A stretch of DNA of 35,820 nt, taken from the sequence record SRR20825006_1230. One strand, given 5' to 3'. Shown in pieces: positions 10,754 through 20,547 of the stretch. The notes under the pieces were generated by a model. It did no database searches, was not told the origin of the DNA, and saw nothing but the letters and a program-made list of their open reading frames with translations. Position numbers and translations under genes: made by a program. Within the stretch, counting starts at the first letter, position 1. Each line of letters begins with the position of its first letter.

Positions 10754-11542
10754 ATGCCTTTTCAAGACAATGATTTCACGCAACAGCCAGAACCGCCTCG
10801 CCAGGGCGTGATGTATGTTGATGTGAAAGGCTATGAAGGGCCGTTGGATTTGTTGCTGGATTTGGCGCGCAAACAGAAAGTGGATTTAGCCCATATTTCT
10901 GTGCTGTCGCTCGCCGAGCAATATTTGGGCTTCATCGAAACCCTCAAAGAACGACGCATAGAAGTCGCTGCGGATTATTTGGTGATGGCGGCGTGGCTTG
11001 CCTATCTGAAAAGTCGCTTGATGGTGCCACACGATGATGAGGATGAAGAACCAAGCGGTGAAGAAATGGCCGCTTTGCTCCAATTCCGATTGAAGCGCTT
11101 GGAAGCTATGCGCGATGCGGCGGGTAAATTGGTCAATCGCCCGCGTTTGGGGCGCGAGATTCACATGCGCGGTGATCCGGAAACAATCGTCACCACCAAA
11201 ACCAAGCAATGGCAGGCCACCTATTACGATTTGCTGCGCGCCTATGTAATTCAACGCGAGAAGGCACTGCCGAAAGACTATTCCGTTAAAGTGCGCACTG
11301 TATGGTCGTTGAGCGAGGCAGAGGAGATATTGGAGCGCTTGATTGGCCAATCGGCAGAATGGGTGCCGCTTCAATCTTATTTGGCCGAATATCTCACTTC
11401 TGGCGAAGAACGGCAAACTGCGCTGGCGTCGTCGTTCACTGCCAGTTTGGAAATGGTTCGCCAAGGTCATATTGAATTGCGCCAATCGGCACCATTTTCG
11501 CCACTCATGGTGCGACGAAAGCGCCAATCTGACGGGTCTTAG
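10754..11542 (+). CDS. scpA: Segregation and condensation protein A (kleisin)
   Basis: YEGPLDLLLDL, AADYLVMAAWLAYLKSRL, F.ASLEM....IELRQ..PF; start taken as ATG 10754 because the longer ORF runs through the terminator. Confidence 0.95.
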   Translation: MPFQDNDFTQQPEPPRQGVMYVDVKGYEGPLDLLLDLARKQKVDLAHISVLSLAEQYLGFIETLKERRIEVAADYLVMAAWLAYLKSRLMVPHDDEDEEPSGEEMAALLQFRLKRLEAMRDAAGKLVNRPRLGREIHMRGDPETIVTTKTKQWQATYYDLLRAYVIQREKALPKDYSVKVRTVWSLSEAEEILERLIGQSAEWVPLQSYLAEYLTSGEERQTALASSFTASLEMVRQGHIELRQSAPFSPLMVRRKRQSDGS

Positions 11543-11638
11543 GTCAACTTACGCTTGGACAATTTTTCTAAAATTGATAGATAAAGGCACAAGTGGAAAA
11601 ACCACATAACGGCCTGTTCAACTCGGAAAGTATGCCTA

Positions 11639-12322
11639 ATGGAGCCAGAAATCCCTGAAAGTGATATCCAAACGCGCAATTTGCGGGTGTTGGAAGCATT
11701 GCTTTTTGCGGCAAAAGAGCCATTAGGCGCTGAGGATATGTATCCATTTTTGTCGGATAACGCCGATTTGGCCGATCTGCTGGACCAATTGCAGCAACGC
11801 TATCAACATGCGGGCGTCAATTTGGTGAAGCGCGGCGAAAAATATGCATTTCGAACCGCTGAAGATTTGTCCTTCTTGCTTCGGCGTGACGATGTAGAGC
11901 AAAAGCCTTTGTCCCGCGCGGCGTTGGAAACCTTGTCCATCATCGCTTATCATCAGCCGGTCACACGGTCTGAAATTGAAGAGGTGCGTGGCGTTGCAAC
12001 GTCTAAGGGGACCTTGGATGTGCTCATGGAAGCTGGGTGGGTGCGTATGCGGGGCAGACGGCGCACGCCGGGTCGTCCGGTAACTTATGGCACCACCCTT
12101 GAGTTTCTGGATCATTTTGGGTTAGAGCAAATTTCAGATTTGCCGGGGCTTGGCGAGCTTAAAGGGGCGGGGCTGTTGTCCTCAACTTTGCCGCCAGATT
12201 TCAGCGTGCCCAAACCTGTTGATGGCGATTTGACTGCAGACGAAGATCCGCTTGAACCCGATGACACAGGCGATGATTTGCTCAGCGAGTTAGAAGCCGC
12301 CAATAAACCGAGTGACGTGTAA
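11639..12322 (+). CDS. scpB: SMC-Scp complex subunit ScpB
   Basis: EALLFA, LSRAALETLSIIAYHQPVTRSEIEEVRGV, PGRPVTYGTT..FLDHFGL..DLP. Confidence 0.96.
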   Translation: MEPEIPESDIQTRNLRVLEALLFAAKEPLGAEDMYPFLSDNADLADLLDQLQQRYQHAGVNLVKRGEKYAFRTAEDLSFLLRRDDVEQKPLSRAALETLSIIAYHQPVTRSEIEEVRGVATSKGTLDVLMEAGWVRMRGRRRTPGRPVTYGTTLEFLDHFGLEQISDLPGLGELKGAGLLSSTLPPDFSVPKPVDGDLTADEDPLEPDDTGDDLLSELEAANKPSDV

Positions 12323-12325
12323 TTT

Positions 12326-13447
12326 ATGACCCAACAAAAAATTGAGACCACTCGGGGCGCAACAGATGTGAATTGGGGCCCACGCGGCACCGCGGGCATC
12401 AGCTTCGCTGCAGCTCTCGAATTTCAGGATGTCAGCTGCAATGTTGGCGCGACTCACGTGCTCAAGGACACAAATTTTGAAACCGCACCGGGTGAAATCC
12501 TGTGCCTGTTGGGCGAAAGCGGTTCCGGCAAGTCCACCATTTTGCGCGCCACAGCAGGTCTACAGGAAATTGATTCAGGGCGAATTCTGATCAACAAGCG
12601 CATCATGTCCGCGAAGGGCGTCACCGTGCCGCCCGATAAGCGTGGCATTGGCTTGATGTTTCAAGATTTTGCGCTTTTTCCGCATTTGTCGATTTTGCAA
12701 AATGTCGAATATGGTCTCAAATCATTGGGTCGCGAAGAAGCAAAAAAGCAGGCCTTGCAAGCGCTGAAACGGGTGGGGCTTGATGGTCGCGCAATGGATT
12801 ATCCATCGCAGCTCTCAGGTGGCCAACAGCAGCGTTTGGCGCTCGCGCGATCCATCGCGCCAAAGCCGGGCCTTTTGTTGTTGGATGAGCCTTTCTCGTC
12901 ATTGGATGCGCGCTTGCGTGAAAGCGTGCGGGCAGAAACTTTGGCCGTACTGCGGGAAACCCAAGCAACCTGTATTCTGGTGACGCACGATCCAGAAGAA
13001 GCAATGATCTTTGGTGACAAGATTGCCTTGCTGCGTGATGGTCAGATCGCCCAAATCGGCACTTCAGACGAGATCTACAATCATCCCAAAGATATTGATG
13101 TTGCGCGGTTTTTCTCTCCCGTGAGTGAAATTCCAACGATTGTACAAAACGGAGTCGCCACAACGCCGTTCGGTAATGTGGAAGCCAAAGGCCGCCCAGA
13201 TGGCGCGCGGGTGATTGTGGCCATGCGCCCAATTGGCGCAGTCTATATCGATGCATCTGGAAACGGCACGCCGGGTCGCATTGTCGCTAAGCGCGATGCA
13301 TTGGGCGTGGATACCTTGGAAGTTGCCGTTGCGGGCATCGATAATACAATTCGGTTGAGACAGCCTACAAATGTCAATATTCGTCCGGGTTTGGATGTTA
13401 ATATTGCTATTAATCCCGAACACGTGCTTGTGTTTGATGCGATTTGA
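12326..13447 (+). CDS. ABC transporter ATP-binding subunit, FbpC/PotA-like, with C-terminal TOBE-like region
   Basis: Walker A GESGSGKST, FQDFALFPHL, LSGGQQQR signature, Walker B LLLLDEP, VTHD; no permease or binding-protein gene adjacent. Confidence 0.9.
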   Translation: MTQQKIETTRGATDVNWGPRGTAGISFAAALEFQDVSCNVGATHVLKDTNFETAPGEILCLLGESGSGKSTILRATAGLQEIDSGRILINKRIMSAKGVTVPPDKRGIGLMFQDFALFPHLSILQNVEYGLKSLGREEAKKQALQALKRVGLDGRAMDYPSQLSGGQQQRLALARSIAPKPGLLLLDEPFSSLDARLRESVRAETLAVLRETQATCILVTHDPEEAMIFGDKIALLRDGQIAQIGTSDEIYNHPKDIDVARFFSPVSEIPTIVQNGVATTPFGNVEAKGRPDGARVIVAMRPIGAVYIDASGNGTPGRIVAKRDALGVDTLEVAVAGIDNTIRLRQPTNVNIRPGLDVNIAINPEHVLVFDAI

Positions 13448-13501
13448 CCATATTTGATGGAGTGTAGATCGTAATAGATCACCAGTTAAAGGAGTAAGAG
13501 A

Positions 13502-13717
13502 ATGAATCCGGGTCCATGGGGTATTCTCATCATCGCCGTTGCCGCTTTGCTTTTGTTTGGCCGTGGCAAAATTTCTGGCATGATGGGCGAAGTCGCTTCT
13601 GGCATTAAAGCCTTCCGCAAAGGCATGCAGGATGACGACCAAAAAACCGGCGAAATCGAGAGCAACAATACTGTCGATGCAACCGCCAACGAAAAAGAAA
13701 AAGACAAGCAAGGCTAA
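13502..13717 (+). CDS. tatA: Twin-arginine translocase TatA
   Basis: N-terminal TM, LLFG hinge, amphipathic helix [19 protein letters not shown]. Confidence 0.95.
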   Translation: MNPGPWGILIIAVAALLLFGRGKISGMMGEVASGIKAFRKGMQDDDQKTGEIESNNTVDATANEKEKDKQG

Positions 13718-13767
13718 TAAGCTAAGCATGTCGCCTGTTTTCAGCGACCATTCATAAGAGGAGCATT

Positions 13768-14541
13768 ATGCTCAATATCGGCTGGAGCGAGATGTTGATC
13801 ATCGCAGCAATCGCATTGATTGTTGTGGGGCCCAAAGATTTGCCCGCATTGTTGCGCCAATTGGGCCGCATATTCTCTTCAGTGCGTCGCATGGGGAACG
13901 AATTCAAGTCAGAGCTGAACAAAGTTGCAGCGATTGATGAATTCAAAGAAGCCAAAAAATCAATCACTGACCCGTTGAATCAGACCTCTAAACAGATTTC
14001 TGATGAATTCAACAAAGTGAGCGAAAATGGCAGCGTTGAACCAACAGGCAAAATCAAGCCTAAGGTTGAGGGGAGTGAAAGCGTCGCTGATGAAATTCGC
14101 GAGGCGGCGGGCCTTCCTCCTGTGCCCCAACCTGATCCTGAGGCGGCTGCCGCCTCTATGAAAGAAGCGGTGAAACGCGGGCAAGAACGCGCCGCTGAAG
14201 CCGCTGCACAAGCAGAGGCAGCTAAAGCTGCCGCCAAGGCAAAAACAGCTGCGCCAGCAGAGCAAAGTGCTGCCGCTGAAGCGAAGCCTGCATCTGCCAC
14301 CGCGAAAAAGGCACCCGCTAAGCGCAAACCTACGGCACGCAAAACCACAGCTGCAAAAACGGCCAGCACCGCGACGAAGACCAGCAAAGCGACCACCGCG
14401 AAAAAGCCTGCGACCCGCGCGACGGCCAAAAAGCCAACAACGCGCAGCACCGCAGCTAAAAAGCCCGCGGTGAAGAAACCTGCCGCACCGCGCAAAACAA
14501 CAAAGGGCAGCACGGCCAAATCTAAGGAGCAATCATCATGA
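13768..14541 (+). CDS. tatB: Twin-arginine translocase TatB with long Lys/Ala/Thr/Pro tail
   Basis: IGWSEMLIIAAIALIVVGPKDLP signature; GAGGAG RBS. Confidence 0.95.
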   Translation: MLNIGWSEMLIIAAIALIVVGPKDLPALLRQLGRIFSSVRRMGNEFKSELNKVAAIDEFKEAKKSITDPLNQTSKQISDEFNKVSENGSVEPTGKIKPKVEGSESVADEIREAAGLPPVPQPDPEAAAASMKEAVKRGQERAAEAAAQAEAAKAAAKAKTAAPAEQSAAAEAKPASATAKKAPAKRKPTARKTTAAKTASTATKTSKATTAKKPATRATAKKPTTRSTAAKKPAVKKPAAPRKTTKGSTAKSKEQSS

Positions 14542-15365
14542 GCAAGCTCCTAGAAAATCCAGAAGCACAGCAAGAAGCTGACGATATGGAAGTGGCGCAG
14601 AGCGAAGCGCCCTTGATGGAACATTTGGTAGAATTGCGCCAAAGGCTGATTTATTCGCTGGCCGCAATCGCCGTATTGTTCGTCGTCTGCTTTTTCTTCG
14701 CGGGCCAAATTTTTAACGTGTTACTTGGGCCGTTTGAACGGGCCGTTGGCAATATCGAAGATGTAGAACTGATCTACACCGCACCGCAAGAATTCTTCTT
14801 TACTCAACTTAAAGTTGCGCTGTTTTCAGCGATTTTCTTGGCGTTCCCTGTGATCGCCATCCAGATTTATCGTTTCATCGCGCCAGGGCTTTATAAGCGC
14901 GAGCGCAAGGCATTCCTGCCATTTATGTTCGCCACGCCAATCCTATTTGTGCTGGGCGCAAGCCTTGTTTATTTCGGTGTGATGCCGCTGGCGCTGAAGT
15001 TCTTCATTTCATTGGAGCAAACAGGTTCCGGCCAAGCCTCCATTCAAATGGTCACGCGGGTTTCTGAATATCTGTCATTGACCATGACATTGCTTTTGGC
15101 CTTTGGCTTCTGCTTCCAATTGCCTGTGGTGTTGGTGCTTTTAGCCAGTGCCGAATTGATCAGTTCGGACAATCTGAAAGCATGGCGGAAATACGCGATT
15201 GTGGCGATTTTGACCGTGGCTGCGTTCTTAACCCCGCCAGAACCCATGACCCAGATTGGCCTCGCGGTTCCAGTGTTTTTGCTCTATGAATTGTCAATCT
15301 TGGCTGTTCGGATGGTAGAGCGATCGCGCAAGCCTGTTGAAGCCGACACCGACTCAAGCAAATAA
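14538..15365 (+). CDS. tatC: Twin-arginine translocase TatC
   Basis: PLMEHLVELRQRL, FIAPGLY..E, FQLP, LTPP motifs; ATGA overlap with tatB. Confidence 0.97.
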   Translation: MSKLLENPEAQQEADDMEVAQSEAPLMEHLVELRQRLIYSLAAIAVLFVVCFFFAGQIFNVLLGPFERAVGNIEDVELIYTAPQEFFFTQLKVALFSAIFLAFPVIAIQIYRFIAPGLYKRERKAFLPFMFATPILFVLGASLVYFGVMPLALKFFISLEQTGSGQASIQMVTRVSEYLSLTMTLLLAFGFCFQLPVVLVLLASAELISSDNLKAWRKYAIVAILTVAAFLTPPEPMTQIGLAVPVFLLYELSILAVRMVERSRKPVEADTDSSK

Positions 15366-15400
15366 TCAAAAATACCTAAACGGCAAAATGCCGGAGAAAA

Positions 15401-16681
15401 ATGATGTTCGATATTAAATGGATTCGCTCTAATCCAGACCTGTTTGACAATTCTTTGGCGCGTCGTGGCGTTGAGCCAATGGCAAATGCGCTGCTCGCAT
15501 TGGATGATGAACGCAAGAAAACCGTTCAACAACTCAATGAATGGCAAGAAAAGCGCAACGCGTCATCCAAACAAATCGGTCAAGCCAAAGCCCAAGGCGA
15601 TGAAGAGAAGGCGCAAGCGCTTCTCGCTGAAGTCGCTGATTTGAAAGCAAAGGTTCAGGCGGGCGAAGAGCAGGAGCGGGAGCAAACCGCAGAATTGAAT
15701 CAAATTCTGGCTGGCGTACCAAACCTGTTGCTCGATGATGTGCCAGATGGTGAGGATGAAGACGCCAATGTGGAGCGCCATAAAGTCGGCGAGCCAAAGC
15801 GCTTTAACTTTGAGCCGAAAGAGCACTATGAGCTGGGCGAAGCCCTTGGCCATATGGACTTTGAAACAGCTGCCAAAATCGCAGGTTCGCGTTTTGTGGT
15901 GCTGAAAAGCGATATTGCGCGGCTGGAGCGGGCTTTGGGCCAATATATGCTCGATCTGCACACGCGTGAGCATGGCTTCACCGAAGTTGTTGCACCGCTT
16001 TTGGTGCGGCCAGAAGCATTGTTCGGCACAGGCCAATTGCCAAAATTTGCCGAAGATGCCTTCCAAACGACAGATGATCGCTGGTTGATTCCAACCTCTG
16101 AAGTCTCGTTGACCAATTTGGTGCGTGAAAGCATGTTGAGCAAAGAAGAGTTGCCGCTGCGCTTCACCTCTTTGACCCCATGTTTCCGGTCAGAGGCCGG
16201 TTCTGCTGGGCGCGACACACGCGGTATGCTGCGTCAGCACCAATTCTATAAAGTGGAAATGGTGGCAGTAACCACACCTGACACATCGCTTGACGAACAT
16301 GAGCGCATGCTGGGCTGTGCCGAAGCCGTGATGAAAGGCCTCGAAATTCCATATCGTGTGATGCGCCTTTGCGCAGGCGATATGGGCGCCACCATGCAGC
16401 GCACCTACGATATTGAAGCTTGGCTGCCTGGCCAGAACACTTATCGCGAAATCTCTTCTGTATCTGTTGCAGGGGATTATCAGGCGCGGCGTATGCAAGC
16501 GCGCTATCGCGATGAAGATGGCAAGCCGCAATATGTGCACACGCTGAACGGTTCAGGCGTAGCCACTGGCCGTGCCTTGATCGCGGTGATGGAAAACTAT
16601 CAGCAAGAAGATGGTTCAATCGCCGTCCCAACTGTGTTGCAGCCTTATATGGGCGGCCAAACGGTGATTTCGGCGGACTAA
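15401..16681 (+). CDS. serS: Serine--tRNA ligase
   Basis: N-terminal coiled coil, [38 protein letters not shown]; start could be 15404. Confidence 0.98.
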   Translation: MMFDIKWIRSNPDLFDNSLARRGVEPMANALLALDDERKKTVQQLNEWQEKRNASSKQIGQAKAQGDEEKAQALLAEVADLKAKVQAGEEQEREQTAELNQILAGVPNLLLDDVPDGEDEDANVERHKVGEPKRFNFEPKEHYELGEALGHMDFETAAKIAGSRFVVLKSDIARLERALGQYMLDLHTREHGFTEVVAPLLVRPEALFGTGQLPKFAEDAFQTTDDRWLIPTSEVSLTNLVRESMLSKEELPLRFTSLTPCFRSEAGSAGRDTRGMLRQHQFYKVEMVAVTTPDTSLDEHERMLGCAEAVMKGLEIPYRVMRLCAGDMGATMQRTYDIEAWLPGQNTYREISSVSVAGDYQARRMQARYRDEDGKPQYVHTLNGSGVATGRALIAVMENYQQEDGSIAVPTVLQPYMGGQTVISAD

Positions 16682-17476
16682 ATGAAACCTAACCCGCGCA
16701 TTTTGATCACAAATGATGACGGTGTAGACGCACCGGGCATCAAAGTGCTGGAGCAAATTGCGCGGGAAATCTCGGACGATGTGTGGGTTGTAGCCCCGCA
16801 AACCAATCAATCTGGTGTTGGGCATAAATTTACCCTCGGTCAAGAGCTAGAAATCGAGCAACGCGATCAGCATATTTTCGCGGTCAATGGTTCCCCAGCT
16901 GATTGCATTGTCACTGGCATGACCCATTTGTTGAAAGACAATCCGGCAGAGATTGTTTTGTCCGGCGTTAATCGCGGTCAAAATATTGCTGATTTGGTCA
17001 ATTGTTCCGGCACGGCTGCTGGCGCGCGAGAAGGGGCCTTGCAAGGGGCTTTGGGAATCGCTTTGAGCCAAAGCATGGATTTTTCCAACGAACATTTGAT
17101 CGAATGGGAATGTTCTGAGGCCTATGGCGCGCAAGTTGTGCAGCAGATCATCGAAACGGCCGAAGGCACCGAAACCTATTACAATGTCAATTTCCCTCGC
17201 TGCGCCGCTGATGAGGTGAGCGGCATTGAGGTCGTGGCCCACCAACGATTCTCCACATCGCCATTTGAATATTATCCTTCTGACAATGTGGGCAAACATT
17301 TTGTGGCCATCTTGGAAACGCCAAAGCCACTCACACCAGAAGCAGATTGCGTGCGGTTGCTGGATCATAATGCGATCACGGTTACGCCGCTCTTGCTTCA
17401 ACAAACGGATATGACAGAATTGAAACGTCTCTCAGGCGCTTTTCAATTTTCAAAGGTCAATCCAAATGCAGGATGA
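16682..17476 (+). CDS. surE: 5'/3'-nucleotidase SurE
   Basis: RILITNDDG..APG, VAP..NQSG, GSPADC, SGVNRG.N, NVNFP, ITVTPL. Confidence 0.93.
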   Translation: MKPNPRILITNDDGVDAPGIKVLEQIAREISDDVWVVAPQTNQSGVGHKFTLGQELEIEQRDQHIFAVNGSPADCIVTGMTHLLKDNPAEIVLSGVNRGQNIADLVNCSGTAAGAREGALQGALGIALSQSMDFSNEHLIEWECSEAYGAQVVQQIIETAEGTETYYNVNFPRCAADEVSGIEVVAHQRFSTSPFEYYPSDNVGKHFVAILETPKPLTPEADCVRLLDHNAITVTPLLLQQTDMTELKRLSGAFQFSKVNPNAG

Positions 17477-18128
17477 TGAGCCGCTAAATTTAGAATGGGC
17501 CAAAGCCTCGTTGGTGCTCAGCCTACGCCAAAAGGGCATTACCCAGCGTGCTGTGGTGAACGCGCTTGAAAGCACCCCACATGAACTGTTCCTGCCTGCA
17601 GATTACGCTGAATATGCCTATAAGGATTGTGCATTGCCTATCGAATGCGGGCAGTCGATGACATCGCCTGTCAAAGTCGCGCACATGCTTGCTAAATTGC
17701 AGTTTGATGAGACTTTGCCAAAAATATTGGAAGTGGGCACCGGTTCTGGCTATGCCACGGCTTTGCTTTCTCGATTCGCCAAACGTGTATTCACCATCGA
17801 AAAATACGGCACCTTGTTGCGCTTGGCGCAGGAGAGGTGGGCGCATCTAAAGCTTTCAAACATTGTCAGCCAACATGGCGATGGCCTGACGGGGTGGGAA
17901 TTGCAAAGCCCATTTGACCGGATCATCCTCACAGGTTCAGTGCAGCAAGTGCCGCGGCAATTGCTAGACCAGTTGGTGGATGGCGGGCTTTTGCTGGCGC
18001 CAGTCGGCGCGCCAAACGAATTGCAGCAGCTCACGCGATATGAGCGATTGGGCGATCAATTTGTTGAAGATGTGGTTGGCACAATCAGATTAGCACCATT
18101 GTTGAGCGGAAAATCTCAAACTCTTTAA
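17466..18128 (+). CDS. pcm: Protein-L-isoaspartate O-methyltransferase
   Basis: ALPIECGQSM, LEVGTGSGY SAM motif, GDG..GW...PFDRI, L..GG.L.APVG; surE-pcm-nlpD order. Confidence 0.92.
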   Translation: MQDDEPLNLEWAKASLVLSLRQKGITQRAVVNALESTPHELFLPADYAEYAYKDCALPIECGQSMTSPVKVAHMLAKLQFDETLPKILEVGTGSGYATALLSRFAKRVFTIEKYGTLLRLAQERWAHLKLSNIVSQHGDGLTGWELQSPFDRIILTGSVQQVPRQLLDQLVDGGLLLAPVGAPNELQQLTRYERLGDQFVEDVVGTIRLAPLLSGKSQTL

Positions 18129-18140
18129 ACTCCCCTTTAC
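18125..18140. promoter_or_regulatory. Possible CtrA site upstream of nlpD-like gene
   Basis: TTAA-N7-TTTAC, one mismatch to TTAA-N7-TTAAC. Confidence 0.35.
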
Positions 18141-18181
18141 CTTAATGAATTTATATTGGGTTGAGTAAAGTTGTATTGAGT

Positions 18182-19570
18182 ATGAGTAAAACCATGATTG
18201 TGCGCCAAAAATCACGGCTGTTGAAAAACAGCGTTGCCCTTGTCACCACATTGGGCGTCGCCGGAATTCTGGCAGGTTGCACCACAGCCCGATCACCCTT
18301 CGTGGCACAAGGGCCGTTGGTTACCAATTCCGTGAATACGGCTCAAAATGCAGATTTAAATCAAGCCATGCCTTCCGCTATCGGTGCGTTGCCCAACAGC
18401 AACCCAACATCGCCAGCGCCAGTGCGTGTTGCGCAAAACACCAATGCGCCATTCACGCCTCCTGCAGATGTGGGCGGTTCTTATGGCGGCACTTATCCAA
18501 CAAATTCAGGGTCACAAGATCCACTTTTAGCGGGCAATTATCCGCAGACACAGGCGTCTAACTCTAATTTCGGCAATGTGGCCGCAGCACCGTCTCAGGT
18601 TTCGCAGCAACCTTTGCCTAGTTTGTCACCACTTCCAGTAAAGAGTACCACCACCATGACAGCGTCTACTTCGCCTGCCGAAATTCAGACACAGCCGCAA
18701 ACTTTGCAGCCTCCCGCAACGCAAACCGCAGCCACACCGCGCTTGGTGCCGGAAAATGCGTTTATGCACAAAATTGAAGCTGGCGAATCGCTTTACGTGA
18801 TTGCCCGCCGCTATGATGTGACGCCGCAGGCGATTGTAACTGCCAACGGTTTGGCATCCGCAGATCGTATCTTTGTTGGTCAGGAATTGATTATTCCTGG
18901 TCGTCCGGATTTGATTGCGCAAAAAGCGCCAGCACCACAAAAAGTGGCCGAAGCTGCGCCGCAAACCCAAGTGAGCCAAGTGCAAAGCGATGCACCGCAA
19001 TCCAGCCCAACGCCAATCGCGCGTCCACAAGGGCTGAAAGTTGCTGCAGCGCCAACACAAACTCAAGTGCAGCAGCCAAAGCCGCAAGCCGCAGCGCCAA
19101 AGCAGGTTGAAACAAAGCCAGCACCGCAGCCGCAGCAAGAAGAGATTAAAACCGCGTCAGTGCCGCAATCTCAAATTACAGCGACACCTCAAGCGCAGCC
19201 GCAATCTCAAGGCTTCCGCTGGCCTGTTTCTGGTCGCATGATCCAAGATTTTAAAGCGTCCAAAAACACAGGCATCAATATTGAAGCACCAGAAGGCACT
19301 TCGGTAAAAGCAGCTGATGCAGGCACTGTGATTTACACTGGCAACGCCGTTGAGGGGTACGGCAACCTCGTGTTGATCAAACACCCGAATGGTTATGTGT
19401 CAGCTTATGCACACCTGAAAGACATCAGCGTGAGCAAGGGCACAAATGTTGGCCGTGGCGATCAAATCGGCTCTGTAGGCCTAACAGGCTCCGTTGCCCG
19501 CCCACAATTGCACTTTGAATTGCGCAAAGGTGCAACGCCAGTTGATCCGGCACCACTGTTGGCCAGCTAA
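18182..19570 (+). CDS. nlpD: LysM / degenerate M23 (LytM) lipoprotein, NlpD/LppB-like
   Basis: Lipobox LAG-C (Cys codon 18278), LysM (HKIEAGESLYVIARRYDV...N....RIFVGQELIIP), M23 fold (FRWPVSG, YGNLVLIKH, YAH, LHFELR); start uncertain (18161/18182/18194). Confidence 0.88.
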   Translation: MSKTMIVRQKSRLLKNSVALVTTLGVAGILAGCTTARSPFVAQGPLVTNSVNTAQNADLNQAMPSAIGALPNSNPTSPAPVRVAQNTNAPFTPPADVGGSYGGTYPTNSGSQDPLLAGNYPQTQASNSNFGNVAAAPSQVSQQPLPSLSPLPVKSTTTMTASTSPAEIQTQPQTLQPPATQTAATPRLVPENAFMHKIEAGESLYVIARRYDVTPQAIVTANGLASADRIFVGQELIIPGRPDLIAQKAPAPQKVAEAAPQTQVSQVQSDAPQSSPTPIARPQGLKVAAAPTQTQVQQPKPQAAAPKQVETKPAPQPQQEEIKTASVPQSQITATPQAQPQSQGFRWPVSGRMIQDFKASKNTGINIEAPEGTSVKAADAGTVIYTGNAVEGYGNLVLIKHPNGYVSAYAHLKDISVSKGTNVGRGDQIGSVGLTGSVARPQLHFELRKGATPVDPAPLLAS

Positions 19571-19605
19571 AATCAGCAAAGTCTGATTGATCTGAAAGAA
19601 ATTTG

Positions 19606-19638
19606 AGGGCGCGTCAGTTAATGGCGCGCCCTTTTTTT
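19606..19638 (+). terminator. Intrinsic terminator ending the tat-serS-surE-pcm-nlpD run, overlapping the end of the convergent DUF815 gene
   Basis: agggcgcgtca / tggcgcgccct stem followed by a T-tract. Confidence 0.8.
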
Positions 19639-20480
19639 CCGGCCAAATGCCGCACAAACTGAATGGCCACACGACCTGAGCGAGAACCACGCGTTTGCGC
19701 CCACTCAATGGCTTGCGCCCGAATGTTTTCAGGCGTTTCTTCAATGCCATAATGAGCGCAATAGCCATTGATCATTTCAAGGAATGTGTCTTGATCGCAA
19801 TTGTGGAAGCCGATCCAAAGACCAAACCGATCAGATAGAGAAATCTTTTCATCATTGGCTTCATTTGAATGGATCGCCGCGCGCGCCTCATTGTCGATCA
19901 TGTCTCGTGCCATCAAGTGGCGACGGTTTGAGGTGGCATAAAACAACACATTCTTGGGCCGGCCTTCCAATCCGCCGTCTAGCACCGTTTTCAGTGCCTT
20001 ATAGTCCGTTTCTTCCCGGTCGAACGACAAATCGTCGCAATACACCAAAAATTGAGCGTCATGCACCGCCAGTTTGCGCATCAATTCGGGCAGGGTGGAG
20101 ATGTCTTCCCGATGAATTTCCACTAGAATAAGCCGCTTAATCTCAGCATCATTCTCGCCGCGTGCATTGATCTCGCCGTGAATGGCTTTGACGATAGAGC
20201 TCTTGCCCATGCCTTTGGCACCCCAAAGCAATGCATTATTGGCGCCCAAGCCTTTGGCGAACTGTAAGCTATTGTCCAACAAAGTCTTTTTCTGTGGGTC
20301 AATGCCTTGCAATAAGTCCAATTCAACGCGATTTACATTCACCACCGGCAGCAATTGTCCGGCGCCACCTTCCCATTGATAAGCATTGGCGTCTGTAATC
20401 TTCACTTTTTCGCTGCTGGGGCGGCTGGCCAACACGCGCAAAGACTGCGCAATATCTGCCAAGAACTCTTTTAATTTCAT
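19614..20480 (-). CDS. DUF815-family AAA+ ATPase
   Basis: NNALLWGAKGMGKSS Walker A, CDDLSF, YKALK.VLDG, YATSNRRHL, EKISLSDRFGLW, GSRSGRVA.QF. Confidence 0.9.
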   Translation of the reverse strand: MKLKEFLADIAQSLRVLASRPSSEKVKITDANAYQWEGGAGQLLPVVNVNRVELDLLQGIDPQKKTLLDNSLQFAKGLGANNALLWGAKGMGKSSIVKAIHGEINARGENDAEIKRLILVEIHREDISTLPELMRKLAVHDAQFLVYCDDLSFDREETDYKALKTVLDGGLEGRPKNVLFYATSNRRHLMARDMIDNEARAAIHSNEANDEKISLSDRFGLWIGFHNCDQDTFLEMINGYCAHYGIEETPENIRAQAIEWAQTRGSRSGRVAIQFVRHLAGKKGRAIN

Positions 20481-20518
20481 TTTTGCTCCAAACTGGTGAA
20501 AAAGGTGGGGTTTTCACT

Positions 20519-20547
20519 TTGCATTTCAAAAATCCCCCCTATATATT
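20519..20547 (+). promoter_or_regulatory. Candidate promoter of the yajC-secDF operon
   Basis: TTGCAT-N17-TATATT, overlapping CCTATAT; resembles alphaproteobacterial RpoD/RpoH elements. Confidence 0.5.

Noticed and set aside
10754..12322. scpAB as a Wadjet/MksBEF-type defence system
   Set aside because: Ordinary ScpA/ScpB sequences; no adjacent SMC/JetC or JetD nuclease, and smc is normally unlinked in this group
13960..14532. Long antisense ORFs (190 and 179 aa) opposite tatB
   Set aside because: Shadows of the low-complexity Ala/Lys codons, which are poor in reverse-strand stops
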